DNA of 29,123 bases, from contig CBFHOE010000008.1 of the NCBI GenBank assembly GCA_965657355.1, positions 261,678 to 290,800 of the forward strand. The letters run 5' to 3'. Shown piece by piece: positions 1 through 9,533 of the stretch. A program made the position numbers and the translations under genes. The first letter of the stretch is position 1. Every line of letters starts with the position of its first letter. The notes below the pieces were generated by a model that was not told where the DNA came from, made no database searches, and saw nothing but the letters and a program-made list of their open reading frames with translations. Source of the stretch: Limisphaerales bacterium (GTDB taxonomy: Bacteria; Verrucomicrobiota; Verrucomicrobiia; Limisphaerales; JAJOIW01).

Positions 1-84
1 CTAAGACATATCTTATATCTAATATGCCCTATCTGATTCCATAAATAATTGACCTTAACAAAATTGCGCCCACATTAAGCACTA

Positions 85-816
85 ATGAGACATAATGGGT
101 ATTACGTCGAGGGAGAAGATAGGGCTTCAAGAGTCTCTGCTCTCTTTTCCTCAATTGCCTCAAAATACGACTTAATCAACGATCTGCAGTCCTTTTTCCT
201 CCATCGTTATTGGAAACACTACGCTGTTACCCTTCTAAAGCCGCAATCTCATCTGAAAGCTCTAGATATCTGTTGTGGAACTGGGGATGTCGCCGAGCTG
301 CTTGCATCCAAGGAATTAACAACAGTTGGATTAGACTTTAACCAAGACATGCTCAACTTGGCCAAAGCAAGATCTGAAAGCTTCTCGATCAAATTTCCTG
401 AATTAAAACCAGCTGAGTATCTGCTTGGAGACGCCTTGAGCTTGCCATTTGGAGACGCTTCATTTGACAGAGTTTCTATGAGTTACGGCCTCAGAAACCT
501 CGCTTCATTCGAAAATGGCATTTCAGAAATGATGCGTGTTCTCAAGCCGGGGGGACGATTTACAATTCTCGATTTCAGCAGGCCAAATAATCAAACGCTA
601 AGAAAACTTTACTTTTCATACCTCTCGATTTCTGTGCCTTTGCTGGGGATGATCGTAGCCGGGGACAAATCCGCCTACGACTATATTTTGGAATCGCTCA
701 TCAAATATCCAAGCCCAACCACAATAGAAAAATTCCTGCTCGACCACGGTGCGGATAAAGTTCATTGCCATTCTTTTCTTGCCGGTGTGATGACGATTCA
801 CTCCGGTCAAAAATAG
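85..816 (+). CDS. ubiE: Ubiquinone/menaquinone biosynthesis C-methyltransferase UbiE/MenG
   Basis: FSSIASKYDLINDL..HRYWK N-terminal motif, SAM motif LDICCGTGD, GDALSLPF, YGLRNL, RVLKPGG, AYDYILES; 243 aa. Confidence 0.9.
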   Translation: MRHNGYYVEGEDRASRVSALFSSIASKYDLINDLQSFFLHRYWKHYAVTLLKPQSHLKALDICCGTGDVAELLASKELTTVGLDFNQDMLNLAKARSESFSIKFPELKPAEYLLGDALSLPFGDASFDRVSMSYGLRNLASFENGISEMMRVLKPGGRFTILDFSRPNNQTLRKLYFSYLSISVPLLGMIVAGDKSAYDYILESLIKYPSPTTIEKFLLDHGADKVHCHSFLAGVMTIHSGQK

Positions 817-900
817 TCATGGCCAGCCTTTTTTAACTTCTTATTCATCTGCCTGAAATTCAGGTTAATTAACTTAATGTGATGTTGTGAGTCCGGTTGT

Positions 901-1197
901 GTGGCTTTACAATCAAATCAAATGACAGGCGCTCAAAAAAGGGCTTTGAGAACGCAAGCTCGAAGTACTCATCCAAAAATCCTTGTAGGAAGAAATGGAA
1001 TTACTGACAAAATTGTCCAAGAATTGAAAGATTTGCTTGAGAAAGAAAACTTGGTAAAAGTACGTTTTGCTGCAAAAAAGGATGAAAAACAAAAACTGAG
1101 CCAACAGCTTGCTGAAAGCGCCTCAGCTTTGATTTTGGACCAAATTGGCCATGTCGTGATCTACTTTAGTCCCAAAGAGGACGCCAAATCCGTTTAA
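901..1197 (+). CDS. yhbY: YhbY/CRM-domain RNA-binding protein (start may be ATG 922)
   Basis: QKRALR..A...HP...VGRNGIT, ENLVKVRF, QIGHVVIY: CRM domain pattern in ~98 aa. Confidence 0.85.
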   Translation: MALQSNQMTGAQKRALRTQARSTHPKILVGRNGITDKIVQELKDLLEKENLVKVRFAAKKDEKQKLSQQLAESASALILDQIGHVVIYFSPKEDAKSV

Positions 1198-1279
1198 TGT
1201 TAATTATAAATAACATCTTACACCCGTAATATCGAGAGCTCTCGTCTGCTATTGGGCGTTGGAGATTGAGTGAATCTGG

Positions 1280-1546
1280 CTATTCTTGTGGCGCTGAGAT
1301 CTCCTCTTGAGGCTTGGAAAGCTCCTCTGAACTTGCAGGATTGCCCTCTTCGAGTTTGGAAACCCCCTCTGAACCTTGTGATTCGCCTTCTTCGGCGCAA
1401 ATTGGACACGATTGATCAGTGATCCAGGCAGATCCATAGCCAACACCGAAAATAAGAATCAGTGAAACAGTGAATGCCAAAACGATTTGAAAGGGAGCTG
1501 CTAAAAGGCTCAAAGGACTACTTGTCGTGTGATTTTCTGAGCTCAT
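1280..1546 (-). CDS. Small hypothetical membrane protein (one TM helix, CxxC, acidic tail)
   Basis: 88-aa ATG ORF filling the yhbY-tRNA gap; hydrophobic FQIVLAFTVSLILIFGVGYG followed by CPIC and an E/S-rich tail. Confidence 0.55.
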   Translation of the reverse strand: MSSENHTTSSPLSLLAAPFQIVLAFTVSLILIFGVGYGSAWITDQSCPICAEEGESQGSEGVSKLEEGNPASSEELSKPQEEISAPQE

Positions 1547-1610
1547 GATTGAGATCTATATATTCGTAAAAAAAATGTGAGTGACCTTGAAAGGCTAAAA
1601 AATTAAAAAA

Positions 1611-1685
1611 TGGTGCGCGATACTGGATTTGAACCAGTGACCTCCACCGTGTCAAGGTGATGCTCTACCACTGAGCTAACCGCGC
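1611..1685 (-). tRNA. tRNA-Val(GAC)
   Basis: Reverse complement GCGCGGTTAGCTCAGTGGTAGAGCATCACCTTGACACGGTGGAGGTCACTGGTTCAAATCCAGTATCGCGCACCA; cloverleaf, GAC anticodon, encoded CCA. Confidence 0.97.
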
Positions 1686-1771
1686 GAATCGAGGTTTTAC
1701 ATAATGGTTTTCCCGGGCATGGGAATCAAGATTAATTTTGGCAGATGATGGGGCCGCAAAATGTTTTAGCA

Positions 1772-3364
1772 TCAATTCAATTTTATTTTGAAAATTTTTA
1801 TTAAGGGAGCATCTGCACTAGAGACATCTTCTAAAAGCGGGTTTTTCATAGCTCGAGGCAACCGGAAATCATTATTAGCTAATACAACATAATCTGCTTT
1901 TGACCGGATTAAGCTTTCCAGTGGTGATTCTGGATTGCCTCCATACCATTTCTGGTTGAGAAAATAAGCCAAAAATAGGCCGCTTCTACCTCTCCTTAAT
2001 CTGGCATTTCCGACGATAGGCCCAGGTGTTAATTCGGGGGCTAATCTAATGTGGTGCGAAGCAATCATCGCTTGCTCGAAGGCGGAAATTTTTACAGGCG
2101 GGAGAAGAATCCATCTACCTATTGAGGGTAAGATGATAGAAATACAAATAATCAGCGTTAGGAGATGCTTTTTGGTTTCGAAACATCGAAGTTTCAACAA
2201 TTCAAAGCAAAGAACAGCAAGGATTGGGGGCAGGGCATAAAAATATCTTTGTTCAGAAGCTGGTAGAAGAGTCATCATATAAATTCCAGTAAGAATTGAA
2301 ACGAACGTGCATAAAACGACGCCCCTCCAGATCTTCGGACTTGTCCACGAGTTTCTCCTGGTCGACAAAATAGATGGTATAACATAAAAAATTACAGGTA
2401 TTGAAAATAAGAAGAGTGAGGTGTGAATGATGAGTGCAGGTGCAAGATTTGCCACAATGAGCCGGCACTGGTGCTGGAAATTAGATAAAGATTTGAATGG
2501 ATTCCAGTATTGGGACTCTTCTAGTTTCGGATCCTCCCATTGAGTGATACGGCCACTTTCTGGCTCCCCAATATCAAACCCAATGGGGTAACGCTGAATA
2601 TCACCTGGTCCCACCGTAGCATGAACAATTCGAGCGCTTGTGGAAAAAGTCAATTTTCCATAATGCATTGAAAGAACTGCAATCCAGGATCCGCATATAA
2701 GCGTCCATGGTAAGAGAAAAGTAATTAGGCATCTTTGCCCCACAAGTTTTCTATCCGGATACATCCATTTCCATGAGAGAAGCACAATGAGAAGAAAAAT
2801 AATTGAAACCGGAAGGGCGACACTTTTGCAGAGATAGGCCAGAGACAATGTAAAACCTAAATTTAATGATGATTTTGGCGAAAAAATCCATTTTGAGTCA
2901 CAGATAATTTTGATGATTTTCAAGAAGATGGCAGCTAATAAAAGGTCTGGGGTAATATTTTCAACCGACCAAAGGAGGCAGGCTAATGCGAGACAATTGT
3001 CGATCGCTTTACTCCCTGCGCTGGAGATTGTTGTTATTTTGACCAAATCCTTCGCGCTTTCGAGGAAGACGAGTGAGGAAAAAATCATCAGGATGCGGCA
3101 AGCAATGAGATCTGGTATTTCCAGAATGAAAAGAGGCATCAAAAGCCAACTAAAGAGCGGTCCCCAGTAACCGGTGATCGCCAGGCTTGGTTCTCCTGCA
3201 ATCCAGTGTTTTGCAACTTGTATATAGGCTATACCGTCTGGATTGATGGCGTTGCGAAAAATGTAGGCTGGGACTGTGAGAAGTAATATGTGAATCCATC
3301 GACGTCGGCAGAAGTCGATAGTAAAACTTGTAAATTTAGTTAGAATTGCCGAGGGCCGGTTCAT
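1772..3364 (-). CDS. Polytopic membrane protein, probable GT-C fold glycosyltransferase (ArnT/PMT-like)
   Basis: Many TM segments; NPDGIAY motif after TM1, YWGPLFSWL, TPDLL, LAYLCK, EQRY: residues typical of GT-C enzymes. Confidence 0.6.
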   Translation of the reverse strand: MNRPSAILTKFTSFTIDFCRRRWIHILLLTVPAYIFRNAINPDGIAYIQVAKHWIAGEPSLAITGYWGPLFSWLLMPLFILEIPDLIACRILMIFSSLVFLESAKDLVKITTISSAGSKAIDNCLALACLLWSVENITPDLLLAAIFLKIIKIICDSKWIFSPKSSLNLGFTLSLAYLCKSVALPVSIIFLLIVLLSWKWMYPDRKLVGQRCLITFLLPWTLICGSWIAVLSMHYGKLTFSTSARIVHATVGPGDIQRYPIGFDIGEPESGRITQWEDPKLEESQYWNPFKSLSNFQHQCRLIVANLAPALIIHTSLFLFSIPVIFYVIPSILSTRRNSWTSPKIWRGVVLCTFVSILTGIYMMTLLPASEQRYFYALPPILAVLCFELLKLRCFETKKHLLTLIICISIILPSIGRWILLPPVKISAFEQAMIASHHIRLAPELTPGPIVGNARLRRGRSGLFLAYFLNQKWYGGNPESPLESLIRSKADYVVLANNDFRLPRAMKNPLLEDVSSADAPLIKIFKIKLN

Positions 3365-3416
3365 TTGTGCATTGACGACTTCACCTGTTTAGGTAGTGAA
3401 TAAGCTTCATAAAATT

Positions 3417-4976
3417 ATGCCAGTGATAAGACGCGCTTTAATTTCTGTAAGTGATAAGAACGGATTGATTCCTTTTGTGCAAGGACTTGTAGAAAAAGGA
3501 GTTGAAATACTTTCAACAGGAGGGACTGCCAGAGTGATAGCTGAAGCAGGATTACCCGTCCAAGAGATTAGTGAATTTACCGGTTTTCCAGAAATGCTGG
3601 ACGGAAGGGTAAAAACGCTTCACCCCAAAGTTCATGCAGGATTGCTCTACATAAGAGGCGAGGAAAAACATGAAAAGGCAATGGAAGCTCATGAACTCAG
3701 TCCAATTGATCTTGTTGTTGTTAATTTATATCCGTTTGAGGAGACGGTAGCCAAACCCGGTGTCGCTATTGAAGATGCCATTGAGAACATAGACATTGGG
3801 GGCCCGTCCATGCTAAGGAGCGCCGCTAAGAATCATTCCAGTGTCACCGTAGTGACTGATCCCGCCGACTACCTCGAGGTTTTAAATTCAATTAAGGAAA
3901 CTGGAAATACGACATTAAAGCAAAGGCAACGGCTTGCTTTAAAGGTATACCAACGGACCTCCGCTTATGACGGCGCCATTTCAAGATATCTTGAACAAGT
4001 GGGTTATTTAAATGATTCTGAGGAATCAGCGATGCCTTCAGTGCTTAACAGCCAGATGAAAAAGGTGCAATCCCTGAGGTATGGCGAGAATCCAAAGCAA
4101 GAAGCAGGTCTTTACGGGGATTTTTCCGGTCGATTTGAACAGCTACACGGGAAAGCTCTTTCCTACAACAACATTTTGGACCTGACCGCGGCGACCGAGC
4201 TTATCCAGGAATTTAATGGGGACGATCCAACACTAGCAATATTGAAACACACCAATCCTTGCGGGGTCGGTCAAGCGGAGAATCTAGCTAATGCTTGGGA
4301 GGCTGCCTTTGCGACTGACAAACAGGCCCCATTTGGAGGTATTATCGCTGTCAATAAGACATTGGATAAAAGGTGTGCCGAGATGATCTCGTCCATATTT
4401 AGCGAAGTCATAGTTGCCCCTGACTTTGATCAAGAGGCACTCAATATTTTGACATCCAAAAAAAATCTTCGCCTCATTCGCATAGCCAACTTCGCTGAAA
4501 AATCATTGGATTTAAGAATAAGATCTGTGGGTTTTGGCTCAATGTTGGTCCAGCAGCCGGATAGTGTTTCTTTCGAACCCGACAATTGGAAGGTGGTCAC
4601 TCAGAGGCAACCCACAGAATCTGAGTGGAAATCCATGCTATTTGGTCAGAGAGTATGTAAGCACGTTAAATCCAATGCTATTGTATACTCGGGGCCTGAT
4701 AGAACACTTGGTGTCGGAGCCGGGCAAATGAGCAGAGTTGATGCTTCTAGGATAGCCGTCTGGAAGGCTTCCGATGCAGGCTTGAGCCTCGAAGGATCGG
4801 CTGTCTGTTCTGATGCTTTTTTTCCGTTTCCCGATGGATTACTTGCTGCCGCGCAAAGCGGAGCAACATCAGCCATTCAGCCCGGTGGATCAGTGAGGGA
4901 TGAGGAGGTAATAGCCGCTGCCAATGAAAAAAATATGACTATGGTATTTACTGGCAGTAGACATTTTCGCCATTGA
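3417..4976 (+). CDS. purH: Bifunctional AICAR transformylase/IMP cyclohydrolase
   Basis: [65 protein letters not shown] 3417 preferred over GTG 3396. Confidence 0.98.
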   Translation: MPVIRRALISVSDKNGLIPFVQGLVEKGVEILSTGGTARVIAEAGLPVQEISEFTGFPEMLDGRVKTLHPKVHAGLLYIRGEEKHEKAMEAHELSPIDLVVVNLYPFEETVAKPGVAIEDAIENIDIGGPSMLRSAAKNHSSVTVVTDPADYLEVLNSIKETGNTTLKQRQRLALKVYQRTSAYDGAISRYLEQVGYLNDSEESAMPSVLNSQMKKVQSLRYGENPKQEAGLYGDFSGRFEQLHGKALSYNNILDLTAATELIQEFNGDDPTLAILKHTNPCGVGQAENLANAWEAAFATDKQAPFGGIIAVNKTLDKRCAEMISSIFSEVIVAPDFDQEALNILTSKKNLRLIRIANFAEKSLDLRIRSVGFGSMLVQQPDSVSFEPDNWKVVTQRQPTESEWKSMLFGQRVCKHVKSNAIVYSGPDRTLGVGAGQMSRVDASRIAVWKASDAGLSLEGSAVCSDAFFPFPDGLLAAAQSGATSAIQPGGSVRDEEVIAAANEKNMTMVFTGSRHFRH

Positions 4977-5026
4977 TGACCACAATATCATCGGCTTAGG
5001 ATTTTTTGTTTGCCAACAGCAAAATA

Positions 5027-6190
5027 ATGGAAAAGTTAGCCCAGGCAGAAAAACCAGTTCTTATCGTATCACCTGACTTTCCTCCCCGAAAAGGTGGTGT
5101 CGCTGATCATACCTATCGCTTGGCTCTTTCCCTAAAGGATAAATTTAATGTTCGTGTTCTGACTTCAAAATATTGTGACGAGTTAGATGAGCTCCATGTC
5201 TTTCCTGCCGTCTATGATTGGCATGAAGCAGAAGAGATTTATAACCAAATTATCTATCTCAGCAAAAAATGCCGAGTTATATGGCAATATGTCCCGCACA
5301 TGTACGGACGAGGAGGCGTCAACAGTGCGATTCCGGAAGTCGTGGAAATGCTAGCTGAAACTCAAACAAGGCAAATGATGATTGCTCATGAAATTTTTGC
5401 TCCAATGAGTTGGCTGCCACATCGCGCCAAGTATGCGCTCTCCCAAAGATCACAGTGGAAAAAAATATCTCGGCATATGGAGCGTATTGGTATTTCTGCT
5501 CAGGCTTGGATCGATCGAGGTTGGGGAGTTACTCCGCAAAATCATGATGCCTATGAATTATGTCCTTCTCCGTCCGGTATACCCCTCCAGAAAATCGAGA
5601 AAGACCATAAGGTTCATTGGAAAATGGACCACGGCCTGAGTGCTGATACTATGATTATTGGTTTTTTCGGCATGCCAGGCCCCGGGAAACAGTTTGACTG
5701 GGTGGTCGACGCATGGAGAGATGTCCAAAAGAGCCATAAAGAGGTGGCTCTAGTATGTATTGGGAAGGAGCCAGATTTTGAGCCTGACTCGAGTTTGAAG
5801 TCTTTATATGTGCCAACAGGATATTTAGAACCTGAGGATGTTTCTAAAGCATTGCATGCTGTTGATGTCATGGCTCTTCCCTATGAGCTTGGGGTGAGCG
5901 AAAAGCGCACTTCTTTTACCGGAAGCCTCCAACATGGCCTTCCAATCGTAACCACCCACGGCGATGAGACTTCAGATCAGCTGCGCCAATGTAAAGCTTT
6001 TGTTTCTTGTGAGGCAGGGGATAGAGGTGCGTTTTCTAATTTGGTTACTCATTTGATCCAAGAGGATACCGCGAGGGAAGCGCTCAGACCCTTAGCGTCT
6101 AAATATTATAGCAGCAACCTTAGTTGGGAGCATGTCGCCGGTAAAATCGAAGATTGGATCAAGCATCCCAGAAAAGTTCAATTCAAGTAA
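5027..6190 (+). CDS. Glycosyltransferase family 4 (GT-B)
   Basis: SPDFPPRKGGVADHT N-terminal motif, IGFFG, DVMALPY..GVSEKRTS...LQHGLPIVTT, LSWE; ATG 5027 (track start is TTG 5006). Confidence 0.85.
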   Translation: MEKLAQAEKPVLIVSPDFPPRKGGVADHTYRLALSLKDKFNVRVLTSKYCDELDELHVFPAVYDWHEAEEIYNQIIYLSKKCRVIWQYVPHMYGRGGVNSAIPEVVEMLAETQTRQMMIAHEIFAPMSWLPHRAKYALSQRSQWKKISRHMERIGISAQAWIDRGWGVTPQNHDAYELCPSPSGIPLQKIEKDHKVHWKMDHGLSADTMIIGFFGMPGPGKQFDWVVDAWRDVQKSHKEVALVCIGKEPDFEPDSSLKSLYVPTGYLEPEDVSKALHAVDVMALPYELGVSEKRTSFTGSLQHGLPIVTTHGDETSDQLRQCKAFVSCEAGDRGAFSNLVTHLIQEDTAREALRPLASKYYSSNLSWEHVAGKIEDWIKHPRKVQFK

Positions 6191-6252
6191 AATGAACTGA
6201 GCCCGAATACCAAATCAAAACTTAAATGCCGTAATACGACAAACCACGCTCT

Positions 6253-8070
6253 ATGCAAGCGTCAGAATTTTTTGGAAATTACATCAGGACGTTGAAAAAA
6301 TTGGCCCCTCACCTGAGAACTGGTAAGGGGTTGGTCCTTGTTGTGTTGCTATCTTCTTTGGCTGCTGGTTTTTTTGAATCGTCAGCTATCTTGTTCCTTA
6401 TTCCTCTACTCGCCCTCTTTGGGAATGTTGCCCGTGGGGAAGAATCCTCGTCGGGTGATGATATGTTCTTAATCAAATTCGTTAAGGAAGTATTCCCAAA
6501 TATGTCTGACAAAGAGCTTGTGGGTATCTTTTGCCTTTTGTTGCTGATAGCGATCATCATTAAAAATGGCTTGATGGTTTACAGTTTAAGAAGTGGTGCT
6601 GCTTTGCGGCGTAAAGCCATGATAAATCTCAGAGCGGCACTTTATAATAGGTTTCATGGTGCTGAGTTGCAGTTGTTCGAGGAGAACGAGACAGGTGATT
6701 TGGTGAGCGTTTTCATTCAAGAGACCCACCGAGCTGTCATGACCATTGATTATACAATCACCATACTGCAAAGGTTTTCGATTGTGTTGTTTTATCTCGT
6801 ATTAATGTTAGTCCTTTCCTGGCAGTTGACTCTTTTTACGATGATTCTTGCTGTTTTGATAGGTCTGGCAGTTGGGTCGATATACAAATTGGCCAAAAAA
6901 CACGGTGAGGCATATGTTGAGGCAAACATGAAGCTCAATGCCCAAGCCATTGAATCTTTTTCTGGAGTAAGGCAAATACGCACTACAAACAATCTAAAAG
7001 AAAATTTTGACCAGTTCCAACAAACGAATAAAGAGCAGGCTTTAGTTGATGAGAAGCAAGTAAGAGCAGTTTCCTTGTTGCCGGCTATCGTAGAAACAAT
7101 AGGTGTGCTCGGGGGAATATTAATTATAGCTTTTGCGAATGCTTATTTATTGTCATCTAACCAACTCAGCCCAGAAGCTCTAATTGGCTTCGGCGCTTAT
7201 TTGATGAGAATGCTACCGGTCGTTTCCATGGTTTATTCAATAAGAGGACAGCTCATGTTTATGGCTGAGGGATTATTCGAGGTAGACAGATGGATGGACA
7301 CTCCCCAGCATCCTAAAAAACCATTCGGAAATGAGACCTTTAAAGGGTTGGGTGAGAAAATTGAATTTCAATCTGTCTCCTTCTCCTACCCAAATGGGAA
7401 ACAGGCTTTGGAGGATGTTTCATTTGATATAAAGCGCGGCCAAACGGTGGCGTTAGTAGGGTCATCTGGTTCTGGGAAGTCTACGCTCGCCACTTTGGTC
7501 TTAAGAATGAGGACTCCAAGTGCAGGTTCGATAATCGCAGACGGCAAGGACTATTGGGAGTTTTCAGCCGATTCATGGCATCACCGAATTGCAACTGTGG
7601 AACAAGATGCCTTCCTTTTCCACTCCAGTTTAGTTGATAATATTTGTTTTGGATTAAAGGATGTGCCTGAGGAAAAAGTTTGGAAGGTTCTTGAAATGGC
7701 ACAATTGTCTGATTGGGTGAAAACTCTAAAGGACGGAATTCATACCATAGTCGGGGAGCGTGGGGCTGCTCTTTCAGGAGGTCAAAAACAGAGGCTTGCT
7801 ATTGCTCGTGCTTTGGTAAGAGACCCTGACATTTTAGTGCTTGATGAGGCTACCTCAGCCCTTGACAGTGTTTCAGAAAGATTGGTCCAGGAAGCATTGG
7901 AAATAGCACAACAAGGAAGGACTGTGCTGGTTATTGCTCACCGACTTTCAACAATCAGGCATGCCGATAAGATTGTCGTTATGAAAAAAGGCAAAGTTGT
8001 TGAGCAGGGAAGTTGGGAATCGCTGGAGGAAGAAAACGGGGAATTCGCTCGATTCATTAACTCCGGCTAG
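6253..8070 (+). CDS. ABC exporter, fused permease/ATPase (MsbA/PglK/HepA-like)
   Basis: N-terminal multi-TM domain; Walker A GSSGSGKST, signature LSGGQKQR, Walker B ILVLDEATSALD, H-loop IAHRLSTI. Confidence 0.93.
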   Translation: MQASEFFGNYIRTLKKLAPHLRTGKGLVLVVLLSSLAAGFFESSAILFLIPLLALFGNVARGEESSSGDDMFLIKFVKEVFPNMSDKELVGIFCLLLLIAIIIKNGLMVYSLRSGAALRRKAMINLRAALYNRFHGAELQLFEENETGDLVSVFIQETHRAVMTIDYTITILQRFSIVLFYLVLMLVLSWQLTLFTMILAVLIGLAVGSIYKLAKKHGEAYVEANMKLNAQAIESFSGVRQIRTTNNLKENFDQFQQTNKEQALVDEKQVRAVSLLPAIVETIGVLGGILIIAFANAYLLSSNQLSPEALIGFGAYLMRMLPVVSMVYSIRGQLMFMAEGLFEVDRWMDTPQHPKKPFGNETFKGLGEKIEFQSVSFSYPNGKQALEDVSFDIKRGQTVALVGSSGSGKSTLATLVLRMRTPSAGSIIADGKDYWEFSADSWHHRIATVEQDAFLFHSSLVDNICFGLKDVPEEKVWKVLEMAQLSDWVKTLKDGIHTIVGERGAALSGGQKQRLAIARALVRDPDILVLDEATSALDSVSERLVQEALEIAQQGRTVLVIAHRLSTIRHADKIVVMKKGKVVEQGSWESLEEENGEFARFINSG

Positions 8071-8197
8071 GATGTCGAAAACTAGTTTTAAATTACCCAA
8101 CACAAATCCGTCATAAGCTCTGCAGTGACCAGAGCTGCCAATATTAAACTTTAATGCTTTCCCTCAACAACCGATTAGACATAATTGTAAGCCTAAA

Positions 8198-9295
8198 ATG
8201 AAAACTATACTCTGGTATTGCATATTTGTTTTATTCTCAACCTCACAATCATTGATTGTAAAAGGAGAGAATATCGAGGACCTTTCCCACCATCTCCATA
8301 ATTTAAGAATGGAGTATCAAGAATTAAGAGAAATTGGGGCTCAAGATCAAGCTGCCGAAATTGGCAGAGAAATGAGGGAAGTAAGTAGACACTTGCAAAA
8401 TATAAGTGAGGACAGGCGGCATTCGGACCGGAATAGACACCATAATGAGAAAATAAACAATGGCGAAATAATAAGGAACCTTCGCATTGCCGCTCACCAC
8501 CTCCGACTAGCCGGCGAGCACGATTTGGCAGAAAGAATAATTCACGGCATTGAGTGGCGTTTGAGTGGTGAAAACCACGAGCGGCACCGTGATCATCACG
8601 AGGATGATGAAGGCCGTGAGCGGCACGACAGGCATCATGATGACGAAGGAGATCATGAAAGGCACCGTGATCATCACGAGGATGATGAAGGCCGTGAGCG
8701 GCACGATAGGCATCATGATGACGAAGGAGATCATGAAAGGCACCGTGATCATCACGAGGATGATGAAGGCCATGAGCGGCACGACAGACATCATGATGAC
8801 GAAGGAGACCATGAAAGGCACAGTGATCATCACGAGGATGATGAAGGTCATGAGCGGCACGATAGGCATCATGATGACGAAGGAGATCATGAAAGGCATC
8901 GTGATCATCACGAGGAAGATGATCACAGAGAAAACCGAGATCATGAAAGAAGCGATCACTTGTATGAAGAAATGTTCAACCATTTCGAAAGAAAATTCAA
9001 CGAACTTGAAATTGGATTAGACCGTCGATTCAAAGAAATTGAAATTCGTCAGATCGAATTGGAAAGAGAAACAGAGCATAGAATTCATGAAATGGTGAGA
9101 GCAAATGAAGAACGCAACAGTTTCGACCAGAGTCCTGTTGGTCGAGAGCTCGAGGAGTTTGGACAAAGGGTCGAAGAACTGTTAGACCATCGCCATGATA
9201 TGTTGGAAGAATCCTTGCACTCGCTTGTGATCGAAATTTTAGAAGTAATGACTGATATCGATGATCACGAGGAAGACCGTGATCACGAGGAATAA
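8198..9295 (+). CDS. Secreted His/Asp/Glu/Arg-rich tandem-repeat protein of unknown function
   Basis: Signal-peptide-like N-terminus MKTILWYCIFVLFSTSQS, helical domain, ~4.4 copies of a 26-aa repeat, acidic coiled-coil C-terminus; followed by a terminator. Confidence 0.8.
   Translation: MKTILWYCIFVLFSTSQSLIVKGENIEDLSHHLHNLRMEYQELREIGAQDQAAEIGREMREVSRHLQNISEDRRHSDRNRHHNEKINNGEIIRNLRIAAHHLRLAGEHDLAERIIHGIEWRLSGENHERHRDHHEDDEGRERHDRHHDDEGDHERHRDHHEDDEGRERHDRHHDDEGDHERHRDHHEDDEGHERHDRHHDDEGDHERHSDHHEDDEGHERHDRHHDDEGDHERHRDHHEEDDHRENRDHERSDHLYEEMFNHFERKFNELEIGLDRRFKEIEIRQIELERETEHRIHEMVRANEERNSFDQSPVGRELEEFGQRVEELLDHRHDMLEESLHSLVIEILEVMTDIDDHEEDRDHEE
8576..8917 (+). repeat. Intragenic 78-bp tandem repeat (4 full units plus a partial), each made of two related 39-bp halves
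   Basis: Unit ~CATGAAAGGCACCGTGATCATCACGAGGATGATGAAGGCCGTGAGCGGCACGAYAGGCATCATGATGACGAAGGAGAT = HERHRDHHEDDEG(R/H)ERHDRHHDDEGD. Confidence 0.97.
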
Positions 9296-9326
9296 GTCCT
9301 GACTGTTTTCACCTCCCATTTTTCCC

Positions 9327-9355
9327 AAAAGTGCACATTCCAGTGCACTTTTTTT
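9327..9355 (+). terminator. Rho-independent terminator after the His-rich gene
   Basis: AAAAGTGCAC-ATTCCA-GTGCACTTTTTTT hairpin with a T-tract. Confidence 0.85.
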
Positions 9356-9434
9356 GTTTGCTCCGGAAACGGGGACTTAAAAACTCGCATCCAGCAGTCA
9401 CATCCTGAATCAGTCGCTAAAAGTTTCTTTTAAA

Positions 9435-9452
9435 TGTTACAATTTTGTGACA
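9435..9452. promoter_or_regulatory. Candidate Pho-box-like operator upstream of ppk2
   Basis: TGTTACAATTTTGTGACA (reverse complement TGTCACA-AAAT-TGTAACA): 11-bp-period direct repeat, also an imperfect palindrome. Confidence 0.45.
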
Positions 9453-9533
9453 TGTTCTTCTGTTCGAAGTTAAATAGATCAACTATCTAATAATAAATTC
9501 GTTAAATTTCAAAATAAAATACAGAACTAAATA

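Noticed and set aside
8078..8089. Palindrome AAAACTAGTTTT, with a one-mismatch copy AAAGCTAGTTTT near 11804
   Set aside because: Short and AT-rich, so likely by chance; no regulator can be assigned.
8576..8917. Repeat array considered as a CRISPR array
   Set aside because: Contiguous in-frame tandem units with no unique spacers, and no cas genes in the window.
8507..9020. Long alternative-frame (8565-9020 +) and antisense (8507-8983 -) ORFs over the repeat
   Set aside because: They are stop-free because a stop-free 78-bp unit is repeated; the M/I/T/V-rich products are frame shadows of the His/Asp/Glu codons.
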